This document shows positions 1-13,259 of a stretch of DNA of 64,000 bases, in pieces. Every line of letters begins with the position of its first letter. Within the stretch, counting starts at the first letter, position 1. Below the pieces are notes generated by a model. It searched no databases. It was not told the origin of the DNA and saw nothing but the letters and a program-made list of their open reading frames with translations. Made by a program: the position numbers and the translations under genes. Source of the stretch: Octopus sinensis (Eukaryota); contig NC_043015.1 in the NCBI RefSeq assembly GCF_006345805.1, positions 41,850,001 to 41,914,000 on the forward strand, given 5' to 3'.

Positions 1-271
1 ATGGTAACAGAAATGATGATGGTAAGAATATTGAAACGTCAAAAAGTAGGAGAGAAAAGAGAAAGAGAATAAGATAAAGATAGCTCGCATCCGTAATAGG
101 AGAAAGAGTGAGAGGCAGAGACAGAGAAGACAGGGAGAGAGGAAGGAAAAGTAAGTAGGAAAGTTTCTTATTTTATATATTCTAATAATTTGGCTTTGGT
201 TTAAAAAAGATAGGTTAAAGAAATGTATATTCAGTAAATAAATATATATTTACTAAATAATATTTAGTAAA

Positions 272-654
272 CGTGGAAGCACTCCGTCGGTTACGACGAC
301 GAGGGTTCCGGTTGATCCGACCAACGGAACAGCCTGCTCGTGAAATTAACGTGTAAGTGGCTGAGCACTCCACAGACACGTGTACCCTTAACGTAGTTCT
401 CGGGGATATTCAGCGTGACAGAGAGAGTGACAAGGCCGGCCCTTTGAAATACAGGTACAGCAGAAGCAGGAAGTAAGAGTGAGAGAAAGTTGTGGTGAAA
501 GAGTACGGCAGGGATCACCACCGTCCCCTGCCGGAGCCTCGTGGAGCTTTTAGGTGTTTTCGCTCAATAAACACTCACAACGCCCGGTCTTGGAATCGAA
601 ACCGCGACTCTAGGACCGCGAGTCCTAACCGTTGGGCCCGTTGCGCCTCAATAT

Positions 655-690
<36 letters not shown>

Positions 691-834
691 CACATGTGTG
701 TGCATATGCCGGAGCCTCGTTGAGCTTTAGGTGTTTTCGTTCAATAAATACTCACAACGCCCGGTCTGGAAATCGACACCGCGATCCTACGACCGCGAGT
801 CCGCTGCCCTAACCACTGGGCCATTGCGCCTCCA
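272..834 (-). mobile_element. tRNA-derived SINE (family C) with RTE-like 3' tail and duplicated head
   Basis: Minus strand starts TGGAGGCGCAATGGCCCAGTGGTTAGGGCAGCGGACTCGCGGTCGTAGGATCGCGG (A/B-box tRNA-like head) and ends ...CCCTCGTCGTCGTAACCGACGGAGTGCTTCCA. The head occurs twice (about 536-650 and 708-834) with (TA)n between. TSD TTTAGTAAA at 263-271 and 835-843. Confidence 0.85.
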
Positions 835-994
835 TTTAGTAAATAACATATAATTGTAATATGTTTTGTCTCACTTCATCCTTTGAAAAATATTCTTGGC
901 AAAGACACTAATCAAATAACAATAAATTTAATAACATAATGAGTGAACCATCTCGATCAGCTTGCTGTGCTATCTGATCGTCTGCTGACTGTAA

Positions 995-1336
995 TTAATT
1001 TGGCTTGTTGCGATTGAATTTTTCATATAGTTTTGCTAGTAATTCAGACGGAACTCCGGGAATATTTTCATCAACGTGCGCTTGTTTCATTCGTAGTATA
1101 TGGGGATTTAGGAAAGCGAAGCTGTAATGCTTGAAAAGGTTGCTTATTTGTTGTTGCTGCCTATTTTTAATCAGTTGACGTATTTGTTCGTATTGGATCA
1201 TTACGTGTTTGGTCGGCTCACTAGGTGTACTATCATGCACAAGCAACGTCTCGTTAACGGGGAGGCTGTGACCGAAGGAACTGGACACAAAATTTTCTTT
1301 TAGTGACGTTTGAAAGAAAGTGTGGCGCTCATTCAT
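995..1336 (-). CDS. Orphan 113-aa ORF of unknown function in non-microsatellite sequence
   Basis: Complete ATG-to-stop ORF with ordinary amino-acid composition; TATAAAA upstream on the minus strand. No recognisable domain. Confidence 0.25.
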   Translation of the reverse strand: MNERHTFFQTSLKENFVSSSFGHSLPVNETLLVHDSTPSEPTKHVMIQYEQIRQLIKNRQQQQISNLFKHYSFAFLNPHILRMKQAHVDENIPGVPSELLAKLYEKFNRNKPN

Positions 1337-1456
1337 ATATGTTGTATAGGATATACTTACTTATTAAAACTGAACGCAAGTTTTATATCACTAGTGCGCG
1401 CCTAATGATCGCACTAGCGTGAAACTCGACTAGCGAGCAATTCCAATTTCAATTGT

Positions 1457-1508
<52 letters not shown>

Positions 1509-1596
1509 GTATATATACATATATACATACATATATATATATACATATATATAATACATATATACATCTATATATGTATATCTATATACATACACT

Positions 1597-1630
<34 letters not shown>

Positions 1631-1860
1631 CATCTATATATATACATATATATACATATATATACATATATACATACATATATATATATATACATATATA
1701 TAATATACATATATACATCTATATATGTATATCTATATACATACATATATATACATCTATATATATACATCTATATATATACATATATATATATACACAT
1801 ATACATATATATGTACGTACACACATATGTATATATACATATATATATATACATATATAA
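1457..1860. repeat. (TA)n/(TACA)n compound microsatellite
   Basis: Direct reading; similar blocks at 2430-2890, 8720-9360, 21500-22150, 38390-38825, 44530-45010, 56860-57170. Confidence 0.95.
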
Positions 1861-2578
1861 GTACAGTACGTCACAAAATGTAAACGAAAGGATTGCGAAC
1901 TACGAAAACATGAAATACGACGGCAAACATGGGGATGAAAAAGCTAGAGATGCAAATGGAAAACAAAATAAATAACATAAAGTATGAGCTTTCATCAGTT
2001 GTCGGCTGTTTATCTACTCCACATTTCGAGCAATTCACGACAATATGTGGCTTTGAAAAACAGTTGCTCCCAAGAACCAAAATAAAATTTGCGATTTGCG
2101 GAGGATCAAATTTGGTAAGAAAATCGGGCCAGTGGAGACATACAACAACCCAAACGAAAAACAAACATTGAGGTCCGTTAGGACAGACGAGGTAAAGTAA
2201 CGAACGCTGGCGGAATATTCTTTGATAAGAGAAAAGATAGGGGTGGAGACAGATAAGAATACCTCTGGTATGAGCGACAGACTGAAGGAAAAGAAAGATG
2301 GGCGATGGTCACATGGGAGCAATTAGAGATAGAGAGACAGAGAGGGAAGGAGGAAGAGAGGGAGAGAGACAGATAAAAAACAGTGATGGGGAGAAAAAAG
2401 AATTAGAAAAAGGAAGAGAGAGAAAATACACATACACACACATATATATATATACATATACACATACAAACATATATATACATATATATATACATATGCA
2501 TATATATATACATATATATATATATATACACATATACATATATATGTACATATATATATATATAATATATATATATAC

Positions 2579-2669
<91 letters not shown>

Positions 2670-2834
2670 TATATACATATATAAATACATATATATACAT
2701 ATATATATATATGCATATATATATATACATATATTTATACATATATGTGCATACATACACACGTACATATATATATACAGATATATATACATATATATAT
2801 GTAGATATATATATATATACATATATATATTAAA

Positions 2835-2889
<55 letters not shown>

Positions 2890-3250
2890 CATGTGTGTAT
2901 GTTTATACAATTAAGTATGTATGTATATATACTGAAGTAACATATTTCTAAAATATGTTCGTGCTCTTTAAGTCAGAAAGATTACGGTACATATTTTAAT
3001 GTATAGTAATAAATAGTATATTAATAATATCGGCGCCTCTAACACCAACCCCCAAAACTAATTTTATTACTATTAAACTCTGAAATACTTATTGTTATAT
3101 TGTAGCCCGAAGAAAATTTTCTTTAATTTTAATTTTTTTTCCTATTTTTTTTTTTTTAGAATTGTATCTTTACTCAAATGTTTTTCTCGTGTAAGCAATC
3201 GAGCCCCATAATCTACGGTGACGCGACATTTTAAATTATATACACATATA

Positions 3251-3663
3251 GGCGCAGGAGTGGCTGTGTGGTAAGTTGCTTGCTAACCAACTACATGGTT
3301 CCGGGTTCAGTCTCACTGCACTGGCATCTTGGGCAAGTGTTTTCTGCTATAGCCCCGGGCCGGCCAATGCCTTGTGAGTGGATTTGGGAGACGGAAACTG
3401 AAAGAAGCCTGTCGTATATATGTCTGTGTATATATATATATATATGTGTGTGTGTATGTGTGTCTGTGTTTGTCCCCGCAACATCGCTTGACAGCCGATG
3501 CTGGTGTGTTTACGTGTGTTTCACCTAGCGGTTCGGCAAAAGAGACCGATAGAATAAGTACTGGGCTTACAAAGAATAAGTCCCTGGGTCGATTTGCTCG
3601 AAATAAGGCGGTGCTCCAGCATGGTCGCAGTCAAATGACTGAAACAAGTAAAAGAGTAAAGAG
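3251..3663 (+). mobile_element. tRNA-derived SINE family A, full length, internal TA/TG microsatellite
   Basis: GGCGCAGGAGTGGCTGTGTGGTAAG...GGTTCAGTC head, conserved body, tail ...GACTGAAACAAGTAAAAGAGTAAAAGAG; many copies in the window. Confidence 0.9.
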
Positions 3664-4114
3664 TATATATAAACATTTAAAAGTAGAAAATTAAAAAAAG
3701 AACAAAATAATTTTCTTTATGTTTTAATAAATGTCGGTGAGTGAACCTGGTAAAGTTACTAAATAATAAAATGTATTTTGTTGAACTGAAACGAAAAACG
3801 CAGGTGCCGATACTGAATTAAATCTGAAATTATTAGATAAATTCTACCACAACACAAATGCCATAGAATGATGTCATTACTGAGAACTCTTAGCGTTGTT
3901 TGATCTTTGATTCATGTCTGGAAAAAGTTGTTATCACATTCTGTCGATTGTTTCACCATTTCAGACCAAAACTTCTTTAGAAGTTTTTTTTATTATTTAT
4001 TACACATGGTAAACAGGGTCTTTGACAGCAGCTGACAAAATGGCCTGCGGTGTCTTTCTTTCACGTCCTAATTTTTAATATAGTGCGGAGATTCTGAGAT
4101 GATCCTCGCGTTCA

Positions 4115-4545
4115 AGCCTGTGGCGTGGCCGTGTGGTAACGATTTTGTTTCCCAATCACATGGTTTCAGGTTCGGCCCCACTGGGTGTCACCTCGGGCAA
4201 GTAGCTTCTACTATAGCCTCGAGCTGACCACAGAGTTGTGAGTGGATTTTGGTAGGTGGAAACTGAAAGAAGCTCCTCGTATATACACACACACATATAT
4301 ATGTGTATGTGTGTGTGTGTGTGTGTGTCTGTCTGTCTGTCCCTCACCACCAGCACCATTTGACAACCAGTGCTGTTGGGTTTACGTTCCCGTAACTTAA
4401 CGGTTCGGCATAATTAACCGATAGAATAAGTACCAAGTTTAATAAGAAAGAAAATGTACTAGAGTTGAATCAATCGACTAAAAATGGTTGAAGGCGGTGC
4501 CACAGCATGGCCGCAGTCTAATGACTGAAACAAGTAAAAAATCAA
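4115..4545 (+). mobile_element. SINE family A, diverged full copy
   Basis: Colinear similarity to 3251-3663. Confidence 0.8.
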
Positions 4546-4599
4546 AAACGAAACCACCAAAGCACTGCATGCAAAGCACTTCGATACATTAAGTACCAG

Positions 4600-4890
4600 T
4601 TGCGTACTGGGGGCGATCTAATCGACTGCCCCACTTCCAAAAGCAAAATTTCGGGCCTTGTGCCTAGAGTAGGAAAGACTCTAGAGCGGCGCACTGGCAG
4701 AATCGTTAGCACGCCGAGCAAAACGCACAGCAGTATTTCATCTGTCTACGTTCTGAGTTCAAATTCCGCCGAGGTCGACTTTGCCTTTCATCCTTTCGGG
4801 GTTGCTAAATTATGTACCAGTTGCGTACTGAGGTCGATCTAATCGACTGCCCCCCACTTCCCCTAAATTTCGGATTTTGTGCCCAGAGTA
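4600..4890 (+). mobile_element. SINE family B copy (tRNA head plus GTCGACTTTGCCTTTCATCCTTTCGGGGTCG core)
   Basis: Matches family B copies at 28793, 52884 and 59165; the core resembles the Meta-domain SINE superfamily (from memory, not searched). Confidence 0.75.
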
Positions 4891-5500
4891 GAAAATCCAC
4901 TGGGAAATAAATGGCTTTTTGGCCATCAAAGTGTATAAGGTAAGGTTTGACGAGTAAATATTTTCGGAGGTATATTTGAGCTCGTTTATCACTCATTAGG
5001 GCAGACAAACACTTAACCGCTTTTACATTAAATTCATTATAAAAGCTTTCACTCTTAGGAGTTCTGCTGGACAAACATTCTAGTGAAAGACATCTGTTTT
5101 GGTACCCCTCCTTAGTATTGAACACGGAACCTTATGATTACGAAGCGAAATTCGAATTATTCGTCCATAACTGTATCTGTATCCAATGTTAATAAGGCAG
5201 ACTTCGACGCAATACTATCAAGCAAGTGTAGACTTGTCTAAAAAATAATCAGTTATTGATTTGCATATTGATATTCTTATTAGTGATGCGGCAATTTTTT
5301 ATTTTTTTTTTGAGTGAATGTCATTGTGACTAAATCTCGCTTCGTTAGGCAGCAGTTGTGGTCAGTTTTCACGATGCGTAGATGCTGTTGAATGAGGAAT
5401 GATGAATGATAATTGAGGATTGATGAAAATAAAGCGGGGATAAAAACAGGTGAAAGAAAAATGATATTGCTCAAATGTTCGTTAAATTAGGTTAATGTTC

Positions 5501-5935
5501 GGATCTTTTCGGTTTGAACGGCAGTTTTTAACATAATTTCTAGGTAACTAAAAATCTTTTAACTTCGTATACTGGTAGAATGTGTTTATAAAAAATCTTT
5601 TTCTCTTGGCTTTATTGAGAAAATTCTATAGTTTGTAAGATATTTGTTGTTGTTTTTCTTCAATTTCTGCAATTTCAACCAATCACTGACGTCCATTGAG
5701 GTAAAAAAAAATTCTATGCAGTATGAATACGTCCCTCGTTTAAGAAACAGATTGGGTTTATTTACATTTTTGAAGAAAAAAAAGATACCCTTCCCCCCAC
5801 CCTAACCCTAACCCTAACTAAGCCTAACCCTAAAACAGATTGAAATGCAATAGATCGATACTAGGGTCATAATTATGGGTGACAATTTCATATGACACCG
5901 CTAGAAAAAAACTGCCGTTCAAACCGAAAAGATCC
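5501..5935. mobile_element. MITE with 28-bp TIRs and an internal telomere-like (CCCTAA)n tract
   Basis: GGATCTTTTCGGTTTGAACGGCAGTTTT at 5501-5528 and its exact reverse complement at 5908-5935; CCCTAA repeats at about 5800-5833. Confidence 0.85.
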
Positions 5936-6298
5936 TAATGCGGGGATAAAATCAGGCGAAAGAAAAATGATATTGCTCAAATGTTCGTTAAATTAGGTTA
6001 ATGTTCTATGCGAACTTAAGATATGAAGCCTCTTTTCGTCCCCTTTTCATTCTATCTGCTCTTCCTTCTACCACTACGAGAACAATTACTACTTCAAGCC
6101 ATACTGATAATTAGCGTACGAATACATATATGTATGTATTTTATCCGACTTTTAATTAAGTTCTCGAGAGAGTTGAAACCGGTCACTAACGAAGCGACAA
6201 GACATTTTGAGTTAAGAAAGTTTCCGATACTTGTAAATATGCGGTGGGTTTCCTTGAACTAATCGACCGCAGTAATAATTTATTTTAATGCAGGAACC

Positions 6299-6767
6299 GG
6301 ATCTTTTCCTTTTGAACGGCAGTTTTTAACATAATTTCTAGGTAACTAAAAAATTTTAAACTTCGTATACTGGTAGAATGTGTTTCTAAAACATCATTTT
6401 CTCTTGGCTTTATTGAGAAAATTCTATAGGTTGTAATATATTTCGTCTAAAATTTCTTGCATTTCGGCAATTTTAACCAATCAATTACCTCCATTGACGT
6501 AAATAACATTCTGTGCATAATTAATATGTCCCTCGTTTAAGAAACAGATTGAGTTTATTTACATTTGTGTAGAAAAAAGATACCCTTCCCCCAACCCCTA
6601 ACCCTAACCCTAACCCTAACTAACCCTAAATCTATAATAGATTGAAATGCAATAGATTGATACTAGGGTTATACTTATTAATTATGGGTGACAATTTCAT
6701 ACGATACCACTATAAAAACTTAGCGGTGCCGTATGAAATTGTCACCCATAATTATAACCCTAGTATC
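6299..6767. mobile_element. Second copy of the same MITE; right TIR replaced by a foldback
   Basis: Colinear with 5501-5905; 6659-6767 is an imperfect hairpin (GATACTAGGGTTATA...TATAACCCTAGTATC). Confidence 0.8.
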
Positions 6768-7136
6768 TGTGTAAGTTGCTACAACGTGGGACTGAACCCA
6801 AAACCGCGTGGTTGCAAAGCTAGCTTCTTAACTATACACATGTTCTTGCAATATATATATATATACATATATACAGAGAAAAAGAGAGAGAGAGAGAGAG
6901 AGATGATTTTATCTGGATTGATCATTGAACTCCACAGCAATAAAAAGATAAAAAAACGGGAGAGACAAAAAGCCATGTAATATTTAATAGTTTAGAGGCG
7001 GCCTACTGAGGTCCGTGATTTATCGACTGTGGTTACGAAAGGCACTCGGAAAGGAATCCATAAACATATTAAGATGAGAAGGCCGATTAAAGAATGTTTG
7101 AAGATCAAACTCAGATAAGAGCGTGACAAACTTATC

Positions 7137-7195
<59 letters not shown>

Positions 7196-7469
7196 ACACA
7201 GGCGCACATACTCATATTTTAGACATATAGAGCGTGTGATATTTGCTCTTATTTGTTAAGATAAACTACAGTTCTTCAGCGTAGCACACGAGAGAGTAGA
7301 TACGTAAGAATTTATATCTCGTGGTTTCTAGTTACAATTTTTCCCTTTGCACGTGATTTTGATCTTTCTCTCCATCCATGTGGAAAAGTATCGATGTATA
7401 GTTAAGAATTTCACTTTGCAATACTGTTATCACTGCATAGAAGGCATATGGTGAAATCTATTGTCATGT

Positions 7470-7620
7470 AGAGGCGTATGGCCTAGTGGTTAGAGTAGCG
7501 GACTCGCAGTCGAGGGATCGCGGGCTCGAATCTTAGAATGGGTGGTGTGTGAGTTTATGAGTGAAAAACACCTAGATTCCTCGTGGCTCCGGCAGAAAAT
7601 AACGGCAAATTTCTGCTGAC
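7470..7620 (+). mobile_element. SINE family C 5' fragment
   Basis: GAGGCGTATGGCCTAGTGGTTAGAGTAGCGGACTCGCAGTCGAGGGATCGCGGGCTCGAATC head. Confidence 0.7.
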
Positions 7621-7769
7621 CCGGCGTTGCGGGTCATAGTGTTTGTGCATGCATATTCAGCTGCGTGCGTGCGCACAGACACGCGAGTATTGTCCAAATC
7701 TCCGACCAATCACATACAGCTTGATGGCATTCAATTAGCGTATCAAGTTTCGGGCATTTTGATTGGGTT

Positions 7770-7950
7770 TTGGATGTATGTATATGTTTGTGTGCCTGTG
7801 CTTGTCAACCCCCAAATCACTTGACAACCAATTACGGGCGTGTTTACGTCCCCGTAACTTAGCGGTTCGACTATAGAGACCGATCGAATAAGTACCAAGC
7901 TTACAAAGAATAAGTCCTCGGGTCGATTTGCTCGACTAAAGGCGGTGCTC
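7770..7950 (+). mobile_element. SINE family A 3' half, interrupted by (CAT)n
   Basis: CACTTGACAACC...GGCGGTGCTCCAAC then (CAT)n. Confidence 0.75.
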
Positions 7951-8242
7951 CAACATCATCATCATCATCATCAACATCATAATCATCATTCATCATCATC
8001 ATCACTGACGTCAGCATCATCAGCATCAACATGGTCATCAACATCGTCATCATCATCATCAGCATCATCATCATCATCATCATCGACATCTTCGTTATCA
8101 TTGACATCATCATTGACATCATCATTGACATCATCATCGTCATCATCAACATTATCATCATCGACATCATCATCATCATCATTACCATCATCATCATCAT
8201 CATCATCAACATTATCCTCATCGTCATCATCATCATCGTCAC

Positions 8243-8307
<65 letters not shown>

Positions 8308-8330
8308 CCATCATCGTCATCATCACCATT
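7950..8330. repeat. (CAT)n trinucleotide microsatellite
   Basis: Direct reading; explains the poly-M, poly-S and poly-I ORFs. Confidence 0.95.
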
Positions 8331-8765
8331 AATATAATAATATACATATTCACCATTGGTTTTGCGAAAACTTAGTCGTTAATAAACAAATATTAGTATT
8401 ACTTTTGATGGCGTTGTTTTTATTCTCTTTTTCCATTATCATTTTTATCATCATCATTATTATTGTTGTTGTTGTTATTGCTGTTGTGGTTGTTATTCAT
8501 ATTTTTTATGAATATATCTCCGGTGTTGCCGTTATTATCGTTCTTAATATTCTAGTTGTTGTTCCATGCCTTTGCCAAGAGTGGGTGCGCCAAATACTGC
8601 AGAATTACCTCAACTAATTCAACTTCCGGACTACCTCTAACAGCCTTCAGGCCAACTCATTTACTAAATGCTGTATTCTACTTCAAAAGTATTGACCACA
8701 GATAATACGTTTTCACATATATATATATATATGTGTGTCTGTATTTATGTGGATATATATGTCTA

Positions 8766-8814
<49 letters not shown>

Positions 8815-8965
8815 TTGTATGTAATATATATATATCTTATATTTAAGGTCTATCTATCTTTCTATCTGAAACATTCTCACTTTTCATCTCTGGTCCTCTC
8901 AAGCTGCCTTTACACACTCTCTATCTCTCTCTCACCACACACACACACACACGCACACACACACC

Positions 8966-9018
<53 letters not shown>

Positions 9019-9089
9019 ATATATATACATATATTATATATGTACATACATAATATTATATGGAGAGAGAGAGGAAGATCGCAAGATCA

Positions 9090-9126
<37 letters not shown>

Positions 9127-9202
9127 CATAATATATTATATATTTATGCATATATATGTATATATATTATATATTATATTTATGCATATATATATATATA
9201 TG

Positions 9203-9258
<56 letters not shown>

Positions 9259-9286
9259 ATGTATATATATATATATGTATTATGCT

Positions 9287-9337
<51 letters not shown>

Positions 9338-10109
9338 CACCTATATATATATATATATACGTACGTACATAGATGCGTGTGAAGCGTGTGTGCGTGTCGT
9401 ACATTTAGTCGTGAGTGTTTGGTCTACCGTTCACTAAATAATGACACTTGACTTCATTCGTAGAGATTTGGAATTTTGTCTGAGCAATTCTATAGATTTT
9501 CGTGTCAGAGGCCGCCATACAATCTGAATGCATCAATCTGGTGGTGTTATATACAGTTTTGTATCGCAGCTAGCCTTGTTTCCTGACTTTTGTTCCTTGA
9601 TCTCTTGCCATAAATCTCTGCACTTGGAAGGTTTCGTCGTGTTGATCTACAGAACGATGCCTGCGTTGATTGCTGCATAACCACACAACACACACACACC
9701 CTGCAAATATATTAAACGATAAAATCTTAGATAAAGGTGATTTAGCCTGCACGCCCCACACAGCAAGATCTTTTGCAGAAGACTATACACATACGTACTC
9801 ATAGGTAGACACATACACACATATATATGTATAACATGAATCAAGAATGACCTTTTCCATTTAAAGTATATAATCATTCTCATAAATTTCGGGTAAAGTA
9901 ACCCTTTTGAAAGTGTGAAAGTATCTTGTGTATATAAATTGAAAGAAAACAGTGTTAGTAATTAGTGAAATTTTGCGATATTTCTAATTAATGTCGGCTT
10001 GAAGACCCTTGAACAAAAGAATCTTTTCATTGTTGCATTCGCATTGTTTTTGGGTTTTTTTTTCAATTTTGTACACACAGACAGACAGAACGGATTTTAT
10101 ATAATAGAT

Positions 10110-10142
<33 letters not shown>

Positions 10143-11112
10143 TGTCTGTCTGTCTGTGTCTGTGTCTGTGTGTGTCTTCGTGTCTTTGCGTCTATGTTTG
10201 TCCTGCACTAACAACACCGCTTGACAACCGTTGTTGGTGTGTTAGCGTGTAACTTAGCGGCTCGGCAAAAATTGTACGATAGAATAAGTACCAGGCTTAC
10301 AAAATTTAATACTTTGATCGATCAATAAAACTAAAAGTTCTTCATGGCGGTGCCGAAGAATGGCCGCAGTCTAATAGCTGAAAGAAATGAAAGATAAAAG
10401 ATGTATTCGACAACGAATTCAAGCAAATCGAAATATTAGCAGAAGATAGGAATAATTGAGGCGTTTTTCTGTTTAATTTTCATTTTTCCTGAATTATTAC
10501 TTCAATCAGCGCGACCACCTCTTCAATTATTCCAATACGCCGACAAAAGGTATAAATTTATTTTGTAATATATCTTTCTTTCTTTATTTATTTTTTGTTA
10601 TTTCGGAGATGGACAATTCTCATTTACATTTCGAAGAGGATAAATGAATTATTATAAATTCAAATTCAGTAAATTTTATTAATATATTTTTACAAAGACA
10701 CATGTGTATTTATATTATGTTCAATTTCGCCTGTGAAAATCCCAACGAATTAGCTAGATTTTTTTTTTCTAGTTTATTCAAATGACTATTAATGGTTGCA
10801 TTATTGATTATGTTCGGTCGATTTTCATACTTGATTGCTATATTGATACATATTTAGGTGAGCTTGTAATGTTTTAAGGAATATATAAACTCATATATGC
10901 TTATAACAACATGCATATGTATGCAAAATAGACAGACTCGGACACACACACTTACACCCACACATACGTACACACGTCATTATATAGATTTGTGTAGGTC
11001 TGTCTGTTTGCCTGTGTGCTAGTTTGTTAGTGAGTGGGAGGTAGTGAGCCATTACATGTACACATAAACACATACAGACGCATATACTTACATACATTCA
11101 TGCATGCATACA

Positions 11113-11310
11113 TACTCTAACCAGATAACAAGTTCAGGTTTATACCTGTAATTATTGGGGCAACGGGATATGAAACAGACTGGCTAAATGCCAATCATGA
11201 AAAATTAGGCTTCTCAAAACCACAAAAAGAGAAAGCTGATTCCAAGACTAAGGATCCAAGCCATGACTGGAACTGTAAAAATCTGTAGAACTTTCCAGAA
11301 CTATATTATT
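11113..11310 (+). pseudogene. C-terminal remnant of an RLE-type non-LTR retrotransposon ORF
   Basis: With one frameshift reads KFRFIPVIIGATGYETDWLNANHEKLGFSKP..KLIPRLRIQAMTGTVKICRTFQNYII, resembling the IP(I/V)IIGALG...GTVKICKTF end of restriction-like-endonuclease LINEs. Confidence 0.65.
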
Positions 11311-11889
11311 TATGTATATATGAATATGTTTAGATATGCAAGTATATGCATGAGAAAAACATACATAAAATATACATACAAATATACATACATACAAACA
11401 TACATACATACAAAAGTACCCTGCTGTTGATGTTGAAATTCCAATGAAGTAACCTTGGATCTAGGTTAGAAACCGGCTCTTTCTCTATTGGCAAGAAATC
11501 TTGAAATAAAACTGAATAATGATATACTCATATATCTATCTATACATGTATATATAAACGCATATCATACATACATGCATACGTGATACATATATACAGA
11601 TCAATTAGTTATAGAGACATCATCATTTCGGACGCCAGATATTCTACCGAAATACTGTTTTTATATATATGTGTGTGTGTGTAGTTAAAATTTATAGGAA
11701 AACAAAAGACAACGACAGGTGTATGAACAAAAAGCCAATGTATTAGTTTGACGCTTTAAATATCAAGAATTCCGTTTAGCAATATGTTACGATTAGTTGG
11801 GCCAATTCCTTTACACACCCACGCAGAGACCCCATCCCTGTGCATATATATAGAGAGATATACACATATATATATATAATTTAATATAA

Positions 11890-11936
<47 letters not shown>

Positions 11937-11949
11937 CACACATATATAT

Positions 11950-11992
<43 letters not shown>

Positions 11993-12352
11993 TTTAATTT
12001 GTTTAGGACAAATCCCTCTGAAAAGCGCTCGTAAATTCTTATACCTTTTGTTGTCAGCTTTCGCCTGTTATTCCAATCTTCCAGGGTAATCTTCTGGGAT
12101 AGATACATATGCAGAGATCCTTACAACTTACGATAAATATAGTCATAGCGAAAACGATTTGTGGATGAGAATATTTATTCGGCAAATGCCTGATGGAGCA
12201 TATGCATGGGATAGAGGCAAGCTCAAGATCCATGGATATTAAAAATAATATTGAATAAGAATATCGTCGCAAAATGTACATGTGGTATGCAGAACGTATG
12301 GCGCAATGCATTAATAAAGAATAAAATTTTCCATCCATGCCATTTTCGTTAT

Positions 12353-12405
<53 letters not shown>

Positions 12406-12606
12406 TGTATGTATGTATGTATGTATGTATGTATGTATTATGTATGTATGTATGTATATGTATGTATGTATAGTATATATGCACAATATATGTATGTATA
12501 GTATATACACATGAATATATATAGAATATATATGTATGTATAGTATGCATACATACATATATATGGATGAATTGTATATTATTATATATTGTTATATGTG
12601 TATCTA

Positions 12607-12741
12607 TGATTATTATTATTATATTATTATTATGTATTATTGTTTTATTATTATTATTATGTTATTATTATTAGTATATTATTATATTATTATTATTATT
12701 AAATTATTATTATTATTATTATTATTATTAGTATATTATTA

Positions 12742-12783
<42 letters not shown>

Positions 12784-12805
12784 CATCATCATTATTATTA
12801 TTATT
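12607..12805. repeat. (ATT)n microsatellite
   Basis: Direct reading. Confidence 0.95.
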
Positions 12806-13161
12806 GCTGTTGAGTGGGGATGCAGGTTCTGGTAATGGATAGTATTTGAGATGCTGGAATAATGGTTGAAGCCAGCTCGCAATACCTTCAATAATTAATT
12901 AGGAAAAACGCAATAAAATATATTAAATACTTTGTCGTGAAAAGTACAAAGCATCAAATGCGCCGTTCGTAGGTTAAGTGATAACTGCAATATCGTGTGA
13001 TGAATAACAACGTTGGTTTTAGAAAGAAAACGAAGCACAACTGTTTGGTATATAGGGACGTTACAAAAATATGTGACAATGGAGGGGAATTCTAAACAAG
13101 AGAGCAAATGCATAGATCACGGATGTGTTGTTGATGTGCTGTAAGGTGAGCGTAACTTCAG

Positions 13162-13259
13162 GTTGTGAAGAAGGGAGTCTCACGAATGCAGCTTCTGCTT
13201 TTGGCAATTATTGTCACACCATTTGCCTTGTGTTCGGATGACATTATCAGCGGCGAGAG
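13162..13259 (+). CDS. Candidate coding exon with a signal-peptide-like sequence
   Basis: ATG at 13186 gives MQLLLLAIIVTPFALCSDDIISGE followed by donor AG|GTGAGA (intron from 13260); possible acceptor TTCAG at 13157-13161. Confidence 0.3.

Noticed and set aside
708-834. tRNA genes at SINE heads
   Set aside because: The tRNA-like A/B boxes continue into SINE bodies and tails; no complete cloverleaf.
1870-2200. Possible Penelope ORF N-terminal remnant (…[13 protein letters not shown]…RTKIKF…)
   Set aside because: Only a vague helical/Lys-rich resemblance with no diagnostic motif; needs a profile search.
5800-6630. (CCCTAA)n as a true or relic telomere
   Set aside because: Short tracts inside both copies of a TIR element.
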